Positions 19,641 through 28,223 of a DNA stretch of 53,007 bases are shown in pieces (the first letter of the stretch is position 1; each line of letters begins with the position of its first letter). The translations under genes were made by a program, and so were the position numbers. The notes under the pieces are model-generated. The model was not told the DNA's origin and did not search any database. It worked only from the letters and a program-made list of their open reading frames with translations. The DNA comes from Sandaracinaceae bacterium (lineage in GTDB: Bacteria; Myxococcota_A; Polyangia; Polyangiales; Sandaracinaceae). The stretch is taken from assembly GCA_044220955.1 (NCBI GenBank), contig JBGAQA010000045.1:1-53007 (forward strand), in the 5' to 3' direction.

Positions 19641-21404
19641 TCAGAACATCGTTCCGTAGTCGCTCGCGACCGCGCGTCCGATCGTGAGGGTCTGGATCGG
19701 CGTCGCGCTCACGCCGCCGAGTGCGCCCTCGAATACGCGCACCTCGTAGCTCTCCGCGCCACGCGGATGCAGCAGCACCGCGATCTCGGAGACGCCGTCG
19801 CCATCGTCGTCGCCTAGGCAAGCGGCCGCAACCGCCACGTCCGTGGACAGCACGATCTCGGCGCTCGGACCCGTCGGGCTCCCACGCCGCAGCACCGTGC
19901 CGCCATCGCGGGCCAGGACGAGATCGCCGGCGCCGTCTCCGTCGAGATCACACGCTGGACCGACCCACACCGCACGGTGGCTCGGATCGAGGGACACCCA
20001 TCGGTCGTCCGAAGGAGCCGCTTCGCGGTGCAGGAGCAGCAGGGGCGCCGCGTCGCTCAGCTCGGCAGCCAAGTCCACCCGCCCGTCACCATCGACATCG
20101 CCCGCGGCGTGGATCCGATACGCGGTGTCGGGATCGGGCCCGGGCGTCGGAGGGGCGAGCGGGGCGGTCGCCCAGGGAATCGCCGGTCCGGTCGCGGGTG
20201 AGGACAGCCACAACCTTCGATCGGCGGGACAGGTGACGGGGGCGCCGAGAGGTCCGTGGTCACACGCCTGCACCGTGACCGCGTCGCCCGATCCGTCTCC
20301 GTCCAGATCATCCACGGCGTAGGTGCGTTGGGCGAAGCGGGGCTCGTCGAACACCGGGGATGGGACGGCGATCGGAACGGGATCGACTCCGCCTTCCCGC
20401 CCCAGGGCAACGTCGGCACCCGCATCCTCGACGCTTCGATCCACGAAGACGTCTGCGAACCCATCCCCGTTCACGTCGCCCACGGCACGTAGATCGGTGG
20501 AGCCGATCGCGCCGACGGCGCTGTCAGGCAACTGCGTGACGCCCCCGACGAGATCGTCGGCCCCTTCGCGCAAGCCGTGATGCAGTCCGGCCATCCGGGT
20601 GACGGCGTCGGCATACCCGTCGCCGGTGAGGTCCGATACCATCGACAGGAACTCGTTGGTCGCCGGCAAGCGGGCGCGTTCGACGAGCCCGCGGGGCGTG
20701 CCGACGAACAGCACCACTTCTCGCTCGGCGAGCGAGGCGCCGACGAAGCGAACGACGAGCAGATCCGCGCGGCCATCCGCATCGACATCGAGCACGCGCC
20801 CGGTCGCGCCGGCCACGTCGTGGGACACGTTCGGCACTCGAACGACCCAAGGCATACTCACCGCGGGCAGCGGTGTGCCGGCTCGAAGGGGCACGAGGCG
20901 CCAGAAGAGGACACCTCGGGGAAGCGGATCGACTGGTGTCGCCGAGGTAGTGCCTTCGTATGTCGCCACACGGTCGCTGCAGGCGCGGTCCCGGCACACT
21001 TCCACGCGCGCAGCTGTCGCTGCCCCGACGAGCGCCCACCGGAAGAGCGGCCGGTCTGTGGCGAGCAGGGAACCGGCGAGCGGAGCGATCGGCCGCGCGC
21101 TCGGACACGTGTCGACGCCGCAACGAGCGCCGCACCAGGTGCTCGCCTCCGGCTCCTCGTCCGACTCACCGTCGCAGTCGTCGTCGCGACCGTTGCAGAT
21201 CTCCGGATTCGGCGAACAGCTGGGGCGCGAGCCGTCCTGCGCGGCATCCACCGAACCACCATCCACGGCAGCATCGAGGTCCGCGTCCGTTCCGATGGCG
21301 TCCATCGGTACCGCCGCGTCGGGCCTTTCCATCGTCAACGGGCACCCGGCCAACAGCCCGCACAGAGCGCTCACGGACACGACCAACGCGAGCCGGAAGG
21401 TCAT
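19641..21404 (-). CDS. FG-GAP repeat lipoprotein with MopE-like metal-binding motif
   Basis: LAGC lipobox, PEICNGRDDDCDG, multiple D-x-D/N-G-D-G-x-x-D repeats. Confidence 0.8.
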   Translation of the reverse strand: MTFRLALVVSVSALCGLLAGCPLTMERPDAAVPMDAIGTDADLDAAVDGGSVDAAQDGSRPSCSPNPEICNGRDDDCDGESDEEPEASTWCGARCGVDTCPSARPIAPLAGSLLATDRPLFRWALVGAATAARVEVCRDRACSDRVATYEGTTSATPVDPLPRGVLFWRLVPLRAGTPLPAVSMPWVVRVPNVSHDVAGATGRVLDVDADGRADLLVVRFVGASLAEREVVLFVGTPRGLVERARLPATNEFLSMVSDLTGDGYADAVTRMAGLHHGLREGADDLVGGVTQLPDSAVGAIGSTDLRAVGDVNGDGFADVFVDRSVEDAGADVALGREGGVDPVPIAVPSPVFDEPRFAQRTYAVDDLDGDGSGDAVTVQACDHGPLGAPVTCPADRRLWLSSPATGPAIPWATAPLAPPTPGPDPDTAYRIHAAGDVDGDGRVDLAAELSDAAPLLLLHREAAPSDDRWVSLDPSHRAVWVGPACDLDGDGAGDLVLARDGGTVLRRGSPTGPSAEIVLSTDVAVAAACLGDDDGDGVSEIAVLLHPRGAESYEVRVFEGALGGVSATPIQTLTIGRAVASDYGTMF

Positions 21405-23041
21405 GGCCCGAAGTTCGCGGCGATGAAGCTCTCGACGGGCACATCCATCGCCATCTCCCATGGCGCGAAGATCGACGTGGGGATGTGTGACCCGCTCTGG
21501 TAGAGGAGGAAGTAGCGCTCGTCGGGCCAACCGGTCTCGAGCGGGCGATCCGCGTGGTTCCAGCGTCCGGCCAGAAGGGCGCAGCTCGTCGTGGGCGGGT
21601 CGACATCCAGGAACTCGCCCGTCGGGCCGAGAAAGAAGTTGGTCGAGGACACCAGCCGACCCATCAGGCAGCCCTGCGCAGGCGGCGCATCCGTGTCTCC
21701 GATCGTCGACGCAATCAGCACGTGCACATCATGACGCCGCGCGAGATCGACCGCCATGCGGGCCGGTGATCGGGCCTCGAGCGAGCCCGGCGGCGCGCCC
21801 AGTGCGCCTCCGCCGTACCGCGGCGCCCAGAACGCGATGAACGCCGCAGGATCCATCGCGGTCATCACGCCCAAGTCGTAGGGAATGCGCATCTCGACCG
21901 GTGGCGCGAGGGCGACGGCGGCGCGAACCTGGGCGCCTTGCTCGACTGCACGAAGGGTGACGCATGCGCCATGGGATCCTCCGATCATGAGGATCTGATC
22001 GTCCAGGGTGTCCGTCCGAGCGCGAACCACCTCGGTCCAGCGAAGGACGTCCGTTACTTCGCCCAAGCAGAACTCCGAGAGCGACGCGCTGGCCGTCGGC
22101 GGCTGATCGACGAAATCTGGCAACTGGAATACCGGGTCCGTCACGTCGGTCGCGTTTCGCTGGATCCGGCCGCCACGGTAAGCCGACATGGCGACCCGCC
22201 AGCCGCGCTGCGCCATCTGGATGCAGAACGTGAGATCGGCGTTTTCGATCCCAACGTCGAGCCCGCCGTGGTTGAGGATCACGGTACGCAGCGGATCGCT
22301 GCCCCTGTCGGTGGGATGACACATGACCGCGCGCACTGGGTCAGGCACGCCGCCGACGGTGACGGCGTCGACGAGATAGGTCCCGACCTGAATCGTGATG
22401 CCGAGCCCCGCGATGGGCTGTTCGAAGTCGGGCGTCCATGCAGGAGGGCTTGCAGCGGTCGGGCCGACGCCGTCGTTGTCGAACGCCACGAAGGTGTCGC
22501 CCTCGAAGTTCACACCGTCGACGCTCGTCCGCAGCCGCGGACCGACGGTCCCATCGACGATGGGTCGGGCGGCGATCTCGATGCGACCCACGGACGTGGA
22601 GAGGCCGCGAGCCGTTGGGTCCTGCCGGGCCCACGCGCTCGCCGCGAAGCTGAGGGCGGGTGAGCCCACGGTGCGCGCGATGTCCGGGATCGTCACGGAC
22701 CAGTCGTACACGCCGAGAGGGCGACCTCCGGGCGTCCGCCGGGGTTGCGAGCTGCTGACGGTGCGGAGCGGCACCCATTGAACGCACGCCTGGTTCGGAC
22801 ACAGGATCGGAACTTGGATCTCGGACTCGGCCGGCTCGGCTCCAGGCGCGGGTACGGTCTCGAGTCGCTGGACATATCGGAAAACGATCTCCTGGTTCGG
22901 TGCGGTCGTGACGCCACTGAGCGTGACCGCGCCGCTCTGCCGCGAGTCCCCGCTGGATGTCGTGATGCAGCCCGCGAGAAGCCCCGCCGCCGCGAGCAGC
23001 ACGAGGCCGGCCATCGACCGGGCACCGAGGACGTCGCGCAT
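21401..23041 (-). CDS. lipoprotein with C-terminal alpha/beta hydrolase (S9-peptidase-like) domain
   Basis: LAGC lipobox, ILNHGG, nucleophile GGSHG; GGAGG RBS; ATGA overlap with the downstream gene. Confidence 0.75.
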   Translation of the reverse strand: MRDVLGARSMAGLVLLAAAGLLAGCITTSSGDSRQSGAVTLSGVTTAPNQEIVFRYVQRLETVPAPGAEPAESEIQVPILCPNQACVQWVPLRTVSSSQPRRTPGGRPLGVYDWSVTIPDIARTVGSPALSFAASAWARQDPTARGLSTSVGRIEIAARPIVDGTVGPRLRTSVDGVNFEGDTFVAFDNDGVGPTAASPPAWTPDFEQPIAGLGITIQVGTYLVDAVTVGGVPDPVRAVMCHPTDRGSDPLRTVILNHGGLDVGIENADLTFCIQMAQRGWRVAMSAYRGGRIQRNATDVTDPVFQLPDFVDQPPTASASLSEFCLGEVTDVLRWTEVVRARTDTLDDQILMIGGSHGACVTLRAVEQGAQVRAAVALAPPVEMRIPYDLGVMTAMDPAAFIAFWAPRYGGGALGAPPGSLEARSPARMAVDLARRHDVHVLIASTIGDTDAPPAQGCLMGRLVSSTNFFLGPTGEFLDVDPPTTSCALLAGRWNHADRPLETGWPDERYFLLYQSGSHIPTSIFAPWEMAMDVPVESFIAANFGP

Positions 23042-23202
23042 GCTGCCCCTCCGCCGCCGATGGTAACGTGCGCGACGACGATCATGGTAGCGTCGACGCG
23101 CTAGCCAGCGACCGGGAGACGTCCGTCGGACCATTCCGTCGAACGACCTCAGCCGAGTGCCGAGCCTCACGCCCGTGGGGCCGTCGCTCGGTCGCTGGCT
23201 TC

Positions 23203-23532
23203 ACGTTCGGCTGGGCCGAGAAGCGCGAGCGCCTCGTGACGGTGGACGGCTATCCCTACGAGTGCCGCACGCGGAGCGCCCTCCACCGAGCCCGAGTGCC
23301 CCGCGGCATCCGCTTCCACGATCTCCGCGGCACCACGGCGACCCACCTCGCTCTCGGCACCTGGGGCCGACGCGCGAGCCTCCACGAGATCCAGGCGATG
23401 CTCGCCCATTCGGACCAACGCGTGACCGAGCGCTACGTGCGCCGGGCGATCGACATGCTGGCCCATGCCTCGAAGGCCACCGTCGGAGGGCCGCCGGGAC
23501 CGCGTGGGACCGGTGCGACCGCGCTAAGTTAA
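23203..23532 (+). pseudogene. tyrosine recombinase/integrase C-terminal remnant
   Basis: RFHDLR, IQAMLAHSD and TERY catalytic motifs; no N-terminal domains; ends 6 bp from the tRNA att. Confidence 0.85.
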
Positions 23533-23538
23533 GTGGAG

Positions 23539-23611
23539 CGCCCCCGGGAGGAATCGAACCTCCGACCGTCCGCTTAGAAGGCGGCTGCTCTATCCGCTGA
23601 GCTACGGGGAC
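23539..23611 (-). tRNA. tRNA-Arg(TCT)
   Basis: Cloverleaf GTCCCCG...CGGGGGC G; anticodon loop CTTCTAA; T loop TTCGATT; CCA not encoded. Confidence 0.95.
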
Positions 23612-23663
23612 TATCGACGGGAGTGCCGGGGCGAGCCCGGCCGATCGTTGCGGGGAGAGAGGA

Positions 23664-23737
23664 TCGGGGTGGAGGGATTCGAACCCACGACGACGAGCAC
23701 CCAAAGCTCGTGCACTACCAGGCTGTGCGACACCCCG
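23664..23737 (-). tRNA. tRNA-Pro(TGG)
   Basis: Cloverleaf CGGGGTG...CACCCCG A; anticodon loop TTTGGGT; T loop TTCGAAT. Confidence 0.95.
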
Positions 23738-23762
23738 AGGAAGCGAACCCGTCGAGCGTAGA

Positions 23763-24377
23763 TCAAGCGCGCGCGCGGAGCCACGCATCGAGCGCGGGCG
23801 CGAGCGCTCTGCAGGCGACGCCGCGGTGGCTGACGGCGTCCTTCTCCGCGTCGTCGAGCTCGGCCATCGTCCGCCCGTCGCACAGGCTCGGGACGAACAC
23901 CGGGTCGTAGCCGAAGCCGTGCTCACCGCGCGGCGCGTGCGCGATGCGGCCCTCGCAGGTGCCCGAGACGAGCAGCGGCCGCTCGAGATCTCGCGGATCG
24001 ACGAGCGCGAGCACGCAGCGGAAGCGCGCGCTGCGCCTCTCGTCGCCGACGCCGTCGAGCAGCGTGAGCAGCTTCGCGACGTTCGCCTGCGCGCCGCCGC
24101 CGCTGAACCTCGCGGAGTGGATGCCGGGCGCGCCACCGAGCGCGTCCACCTCGAGGCCGCTGTCGTCACCGAGGGCGAGCGCGCCGGTGTGTCGTGCGAC
24201 CTCCCGGGCCTTCTTGATCGCGTTCCCCTCGAACGACGTCGCGTCCTCGACCACGTCGCGCATCGCGGCGTCGACGGCGTCGATCGAACGGAGATCGAGC
24301 CCCGGCAGCGCCACCAGCCTCGCGAGCTCGATCATCTTGCTCGGGTTGCGGGTCGCCACGACGACGCGCGTCCTCAC
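23763..24377 (-). CDS. rdgB: dITP/XTP pyrophosphatase
   Basis: ATRNPSK, DDSGLEVDALGGAPGIHSAR, GFGYDPVF, K..VSHR. Confidence 0.95.
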   Translation of the reverse strand: MRTRVVVATRNPSKMIELARLVALPGLDLRSIDAVDAAMRDVVEDATSFEGNAIKKAREVARHTGALALGDDSGLEVDALGGAPGIHSARFSGGGAQANVAKLLTLLDGVGDERRSARFRCVLALVDPRDLERPLLVSGTCEGRIAHAPRGEHGFGYDPVFVPSLCDGRTMAELDDAEKDAVSHRGVACRALAPALDAWLRARA

Positions 24378-25129
24378 GGGAGGCCCAGCGCGGCCATGTT
24401 CACCCCCGCGCTCGCGAGTGCCCGGTTCTGCGCCGCGCGGAGCGCCGGCATGGCGCTCAGCCCGAGGTCGACGAGCCCGTCGAAGTCGGTCCGCGGCACG
24501 GGCGCGCCCTCGGCCGTCCCCTGCACCTCGACGATCGCGTCGGCGCCGCTCGCCACCACGTTCAGGTCGACGTCCGCCTTGGCGTCCTCGACGTATGCGA
24601 GATCGAGCAGCCGCCGTCCGCCCACGAGGCCGGCGCTGATGGCCGCGATCGGCGCGCGGAGCACACCGGCCCCGACGGCCCCGCGCTTCTTGAGCACGTC
24701 CAGCGCGATCGCGAGGGCGACGAAGCCGCCCGTGATCGACGCGGTCCGCGTGCCACCGTCGGCGTCGAGGACGTCGCAGTCCACCGTGATCTGTCGCTCG
24801 CCGAGCTTGGCCGGATCGATCGCCGAGCGCAGCGCACGACCGATGAGGCGCTGGATCTCCTGCGTGCGGCCGTCGATTCGCCCCTTTCGCCCGTCGCGCT
24901 CCTTGCGCTGCGGGTTCGCGCGAGGGTGCATCGCGTACTCCGCCGTGACCCAGCCGTTGCCCTTTCCGCGCATCCAGGCCGGGACCGACTCCTCGACGGA
25001 CGCCGCGATGAGCACGCGCGTGCCACCGCAGCGGTAGAGCACCGAGCCCTCCGGGTTCTTCAGGAAGCCCGTCTCGATCGTGATCTCGCGGATCGCGTCC
25101 GCGCTCCGCCCGTCGACTCGCGTGGTCAT
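24374..25129 (-). CDS. rph: ribonuclease PH
   Basis: GWVTAEYAM, RTQEIQRLIGR, DCDVLDADGGTRTASITG, EVQGTAE. Confidence 0.97.
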   Translation of the reverse strand: MTTRVDGRSADAIREITIETGFLKNPEGSVLYRCGGTRVLIAASVEESVPAWMRGKGNGWVTAEYAMHPRANPQRKERDGRKGRIDGRTQEIQRLIGRALRSAIDPAKLGERQITVDCDVLDADGGTRTASITGGFVALAIALDVLKKRGAVGAGVLRAPIAAISAGLVGGRRLLDLAYVEDAKADVDLNVVASGADAIVEVQGTAEGAPVPRTDFDGLVDLGLSAMPALRAAQNRALASAGVNMAALGLP

Positions 25130-25153
25130 GGCCGCTGTCTACCGCTTCGCGCG

Positions 25154-27151
25154 TCAGCTTGCGAGAGGGGCCTCGTGCGCCTCGGCCGAGCGCTGTGCGG
25201 TGGTCGGCAGCCAGATCGTGAACACGGTCCCGCGGCGCCCACTCTCGCTCGGGGGCGCGTCCTCGCAGCGCACGCGGCCGCGGTGCGCGACCACGATCTC
25301 GCGCGTGAGCGGCAGCCCGAGGCCCGTGCCGCGCTCCTTGGTGGAGAAGAAGACGTCGAAGACGCGCTCCTTGCGGTCGTCGGGGATCCCCTCGCCCTCG
25401 TCGCGGACCGAGATCGCGACACCCTCGTCCTCGCGGTGCGCGGAGAGCACGATCCGCCCGCCCGACGGCATCGCCTCCCGGGCGTTGCGGAGCAGGTTGA
25501 GGAGCGACTGCCGGATCTGGGCCTCGTCGATCGGAACGGCGGGCAGGCTCGGCTCGACGTCGACCTCCAGGCGCACGTGGGTGCTCTCCATCTCGCGCGA
25601 CACGAAGCGCGCGACGTCGCGAACCAGCTGGCCCGGATCCTCCGGACCGAGGCGCGGCGCCGGCAGCCGCGCGATGCGCAGGTACTCCTCGGTGATGCCC
25701 GTGAGGCGATCGACCTCGCGCTGGATGGCGCGCAAGAGCGCCCCCGTCTCCGGGCCCCCGGATGCGATCTCCTCCTCGAGCATCTCGACGTTCAGGCCGA
25801 TGCTCGACAGAGGGTTCCGGACCTCGTGCGTGACGTGCGCGGCCATGCGGCCCATGGCGGCCAGGCGCTCGGTCTGGATCAGCCGCTCCTTGGTGTGCAG
25901 CTCCTCGGTCACGTCGTCGACGACGACGAGCACGGCACGCTTCGGTCCGGCCGCCTCGGCGGCGCCGAACGGCGTGACGAGCACGTCGACCGAGCGCAGG
26001 GCGGCCCCGTCCTCGTCCGCCGCGAGCCTGGCCCCGAGCAGCGCCGCCCGCGCCTCGCCCTCGGCCACCCGGGTGATCGCAGGCGCGAGCCCCGGCAGGC
26101 GCCGCAGCAGGCTCAGCGTATCGAGCTCACGCCCGCGATCTTCGGGACCGACGCCGAGGATCGCCGCCGCCGCCTCGTTCGAGGTGCGCACGGTGCCGTT
26201 GCCGTCGACGACGATCACGGCCGCGCGGAGGCTGGCGACGATCTGCTCCTGCATGCGCTGCAGGTCGCGAAGCTCGGTCGCGGCGTCCCGCAGGCGTTGG
26301 TCGCGCGCGGCGACCGCGCCGACCATGCGCTCGAACTCGGAGGCGAGCTGCCCGATCTCGTCGTCGCGACCGCCCTCGAAGCGGCGCGAGAGGTCGCCGC
26401 GTGCGACGGCCACGACGCGTTCGCGCAGGCGCGTGAGCGGGAGGATCAGGCCCCGCGCCCAGAGGCTGATCACCAACCCGGCGGCGACGGCGAGCAGGGT
26501 GAGGAGCGCGATCTCGAACACGGATCGGGTCTCCGCCTCGGCCGCGCCGCGGCTGACGAGGGCGATGCGCGTCTGGACCCGGTCGAGCGCGAGCCGCAGC
26601 GAGCGGTTGATGTCCGCCTCGTGTCGGCGCAGCTCGCCGAGGAGCTGCATCGCCTGCGCGTCGTCGTGCCGCGCGTCCATGCGCGCGAGCGACTCGAAGA
26701 GCGCCTCGTCGCTCTGCCACTGCGTCTGCACCGACTCGAGCGCGGCGCGGATCTCGGCCAGCGCGGCGCGGTCCTCGTCGGGCGCGAGGCCCTCTGCCCG
26801 CGTCACGCGCGCGAGCGCGTCGCGCGCCGGCCCCCGTCGAAGGCGTCGTGCGTGGGCGAGCCACTCGAGGGTCGCCGACCGGTCGGTCTCGTCCTGCATC
26901 CGATCGACCATCGTCTCGAGGACACCCTCGGCCGCCTGCATCTGACCGAGCCGGATCGCCAGGGTGAGGTATCCCTCGTCGAGCAGGCGCAGCGTGCGCG
27001 CGGTGCGCTGGTGCTCGCGGACGCTCGCCCCGGAGACGACGCCGAACGCGACGATGACCGCCAGGAAGCCGACGAAGATGCGCGTGGGAATGGTCGCGCG
27101 CGCCCGCGGCGGCGCGGCCTCGACGCTGCGCTTGGCGTCGTCCTCGGCCAT
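25154..27151 (-). CDS. membrane sensor histidine kinase (2 TM, HAMP, PAS-like, HisKA, HATPase)
   Basis: DDEIGQLA HAMP, HEVRNPL, NLLRNA, DEGEG, GTGLGL. Confidence 0.93.
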   Translation of the reverse strand: MAEDDAKRSVEAAPPRARATIPTRIFVGFLAVIVAFGVVSGASVREHQRTARTLRLLDEGYLTLAIRLGQMQAAEGVLETMVDRMQDETDRSATLEWLAHARRLRRGPARDALARVTRAEGLAPDEDRAALAEIRAALESVQTQWQSDEALFESLARMDARHDDAQAMQLLGELRRHEADINRSLRLALDRVQTRIALVSRGAAEAETRSVFEIALLTLLAVAAGLVISLWARGLILPLTRLRERVVAVARGDLSRRFEGGRDDEIGQLASEFERMVGAVAARDQRLRDAATELRDLQRMQEQIVASLRAAVIVVDGNGTVRTSNEAAAAILGVGPEDRGRELDTLSLLRRLPGLAPAITRVAEGEARAALLGARLAADEDGAALRSVDVLVTPFGAAEAAGPKRAVLVVVDDVTEELHTKERLIQTERLAAMGRMAAHVTHEVRNPLSSIGLNVEMLEEEIASGGPETGALLRAIQREVDRLTGITEEYLRIARLPAPRLGPEDPGQLVRDVARFVSREMESTHVRLEVDVEPSLPAVPIDEAQIRQSLLNLLRNAREAMPSGGRIVLSAHREDEGVAISVRDEGEGIPDDRKERVFDVFFSTKERGTGLGLPLTREIVVAHRGRVRCEDAPPSESGRRGTVFTIWLPTTAQRSAEAHEAPLAS

Positions 27152-27183
27152 CGGGCTCACTCTACGCGGGGGGGTGCCGGGCG

Positions 27184-28056
27184 TCACGGTCCGAGCACGA
27201 AGCCCTCGGCGAGCGGCCGCCCCGCCACGACGTTCTCGAGCGCCGAGGACAGCCACGCGTGGAAGCGCTCGTCCATCGCGGGCGTCATGTGGTGGCGGGC
27301 GCCCTCGATCGCGACCAGCTCGACGTCGTGGCCCCGCGCGCGGAGGTCGGTCGCCGCCTCCACCGCCATCGTGTAGGGGATGCGCTCGTCGTCGATGCCG
27401 TGCATCCAGCGGATCGGCGGCGCACCCTGCCGCGCGTCGCCGCGCAGGGCCGGCGGGATCCAGGCTGCGAGCGGGAGCACGACCCCGAGTCGGCCGGGAT
27501 GACGCATCGCGACGCTGAGCGCGAGGATGCCACCCTGCGAGAAGCCCGTCAGGATGACGTCGCCGCGGACGGGCACCGCCAGGACGAGCGCGTCGACGAA
27601 CGCGGCGATTCGGTCCGCCTGCGCGTCGATCGTCGCACGCAGCCCCTCGGGCTCGTCGTCGAGCACCCGCACGGACGACCAGGCCCAGCCGCTCCCCCAC
27701 GGGATGGGGCCGTGCGGCATCACGATGCGCACCGCGACAGGCAAGTCGCGATAGGGTCGCTGCGGCACGGTCGGATGGTCCCCGAGGCCGTGCAGGACGA
27801 GCACGAGCGGGACGGCCTCGCACGGGTCGTCGCCGAGAACGACTTCCATGAACGGGACGTCACCGAGCTCGCCGTCGCGAACCAGCACGCCGTCCTCCAC
27901 GGACGTGTAGGTCCCGCACCCGAGCGCGCGTACCCCGCGCTCGTCGGAGAGCTCGCTGGGAAGGCTCGATCCGCGGCCGGCGCTCGCGCCACCGCATCCG
28001 AGCGTCGCCAGCGCGAAGAGCGCGACGCAGCTCGACCCGCGCAGTCCGCGACGCAC
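27184..28056 (-). CDS. phospholipase/carboxylesterase lipoprotein
   Basis: LHGLGD, GFSQGG, HG.DD..IP and a C-terminal His; LGC lipobox; start uncertain. Confidence 0.85.
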   Translation of the reverse strand: MRRGLRGSSCVALFALATLGCGGASAGRGSSLPSELSDERGVRALGCGTYTSVEDGVLVRDGELGDVPFMEVVLGDDPCEAVPLVLVLHGLGDHPTVPQRPYRDLPVAVRIVMPHGPIPWGSGWAWSSVRVLDDEPEGLRATIDAQADRIAAFVDALVLAVPVRGDVILTGFSQGGILALSVAMRHPGRLGVVLPLAAWIPPALRGDARQGAPPIRWMHGIDDERIPYTMAVEAATDLRARGHDVELVAIEGARHHMTPAMDERFHAWLSSALENVVAGRPLAEGFVLGP

Positions 28057-28223
28057 GCCAAGGATCGACGCGCTGCGTGATCGAACGTGCTGCGGCTCGC
28101 GAGCGCACGCCTCCGCGAATGGGCGAGGCTCGGCGAGCGTCTCAGAGGTCAAGCATCTATTTTGCACTCCCTCGCTACGTGATCCCAAGATCCAGTGTTC
28201 CTTCCGGACGGAGGAGTCGTTCC

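Larger units (their letters stand above)
18706..23584. mobile_element. degenerate integrative element in tRNA-Arg(TCT)
   Basis: Bounded by 46-bp direct repeats; contains an integrase remnant; codon usage visibly less GC3-biased than the flanks. Confidence 0.88.

Noticed and set aside
18752..23538. Prophage or defence island
   Set aside because: No structural, replication or recognisable defence genes; only an integrase remnant and lipoprotein cargo.
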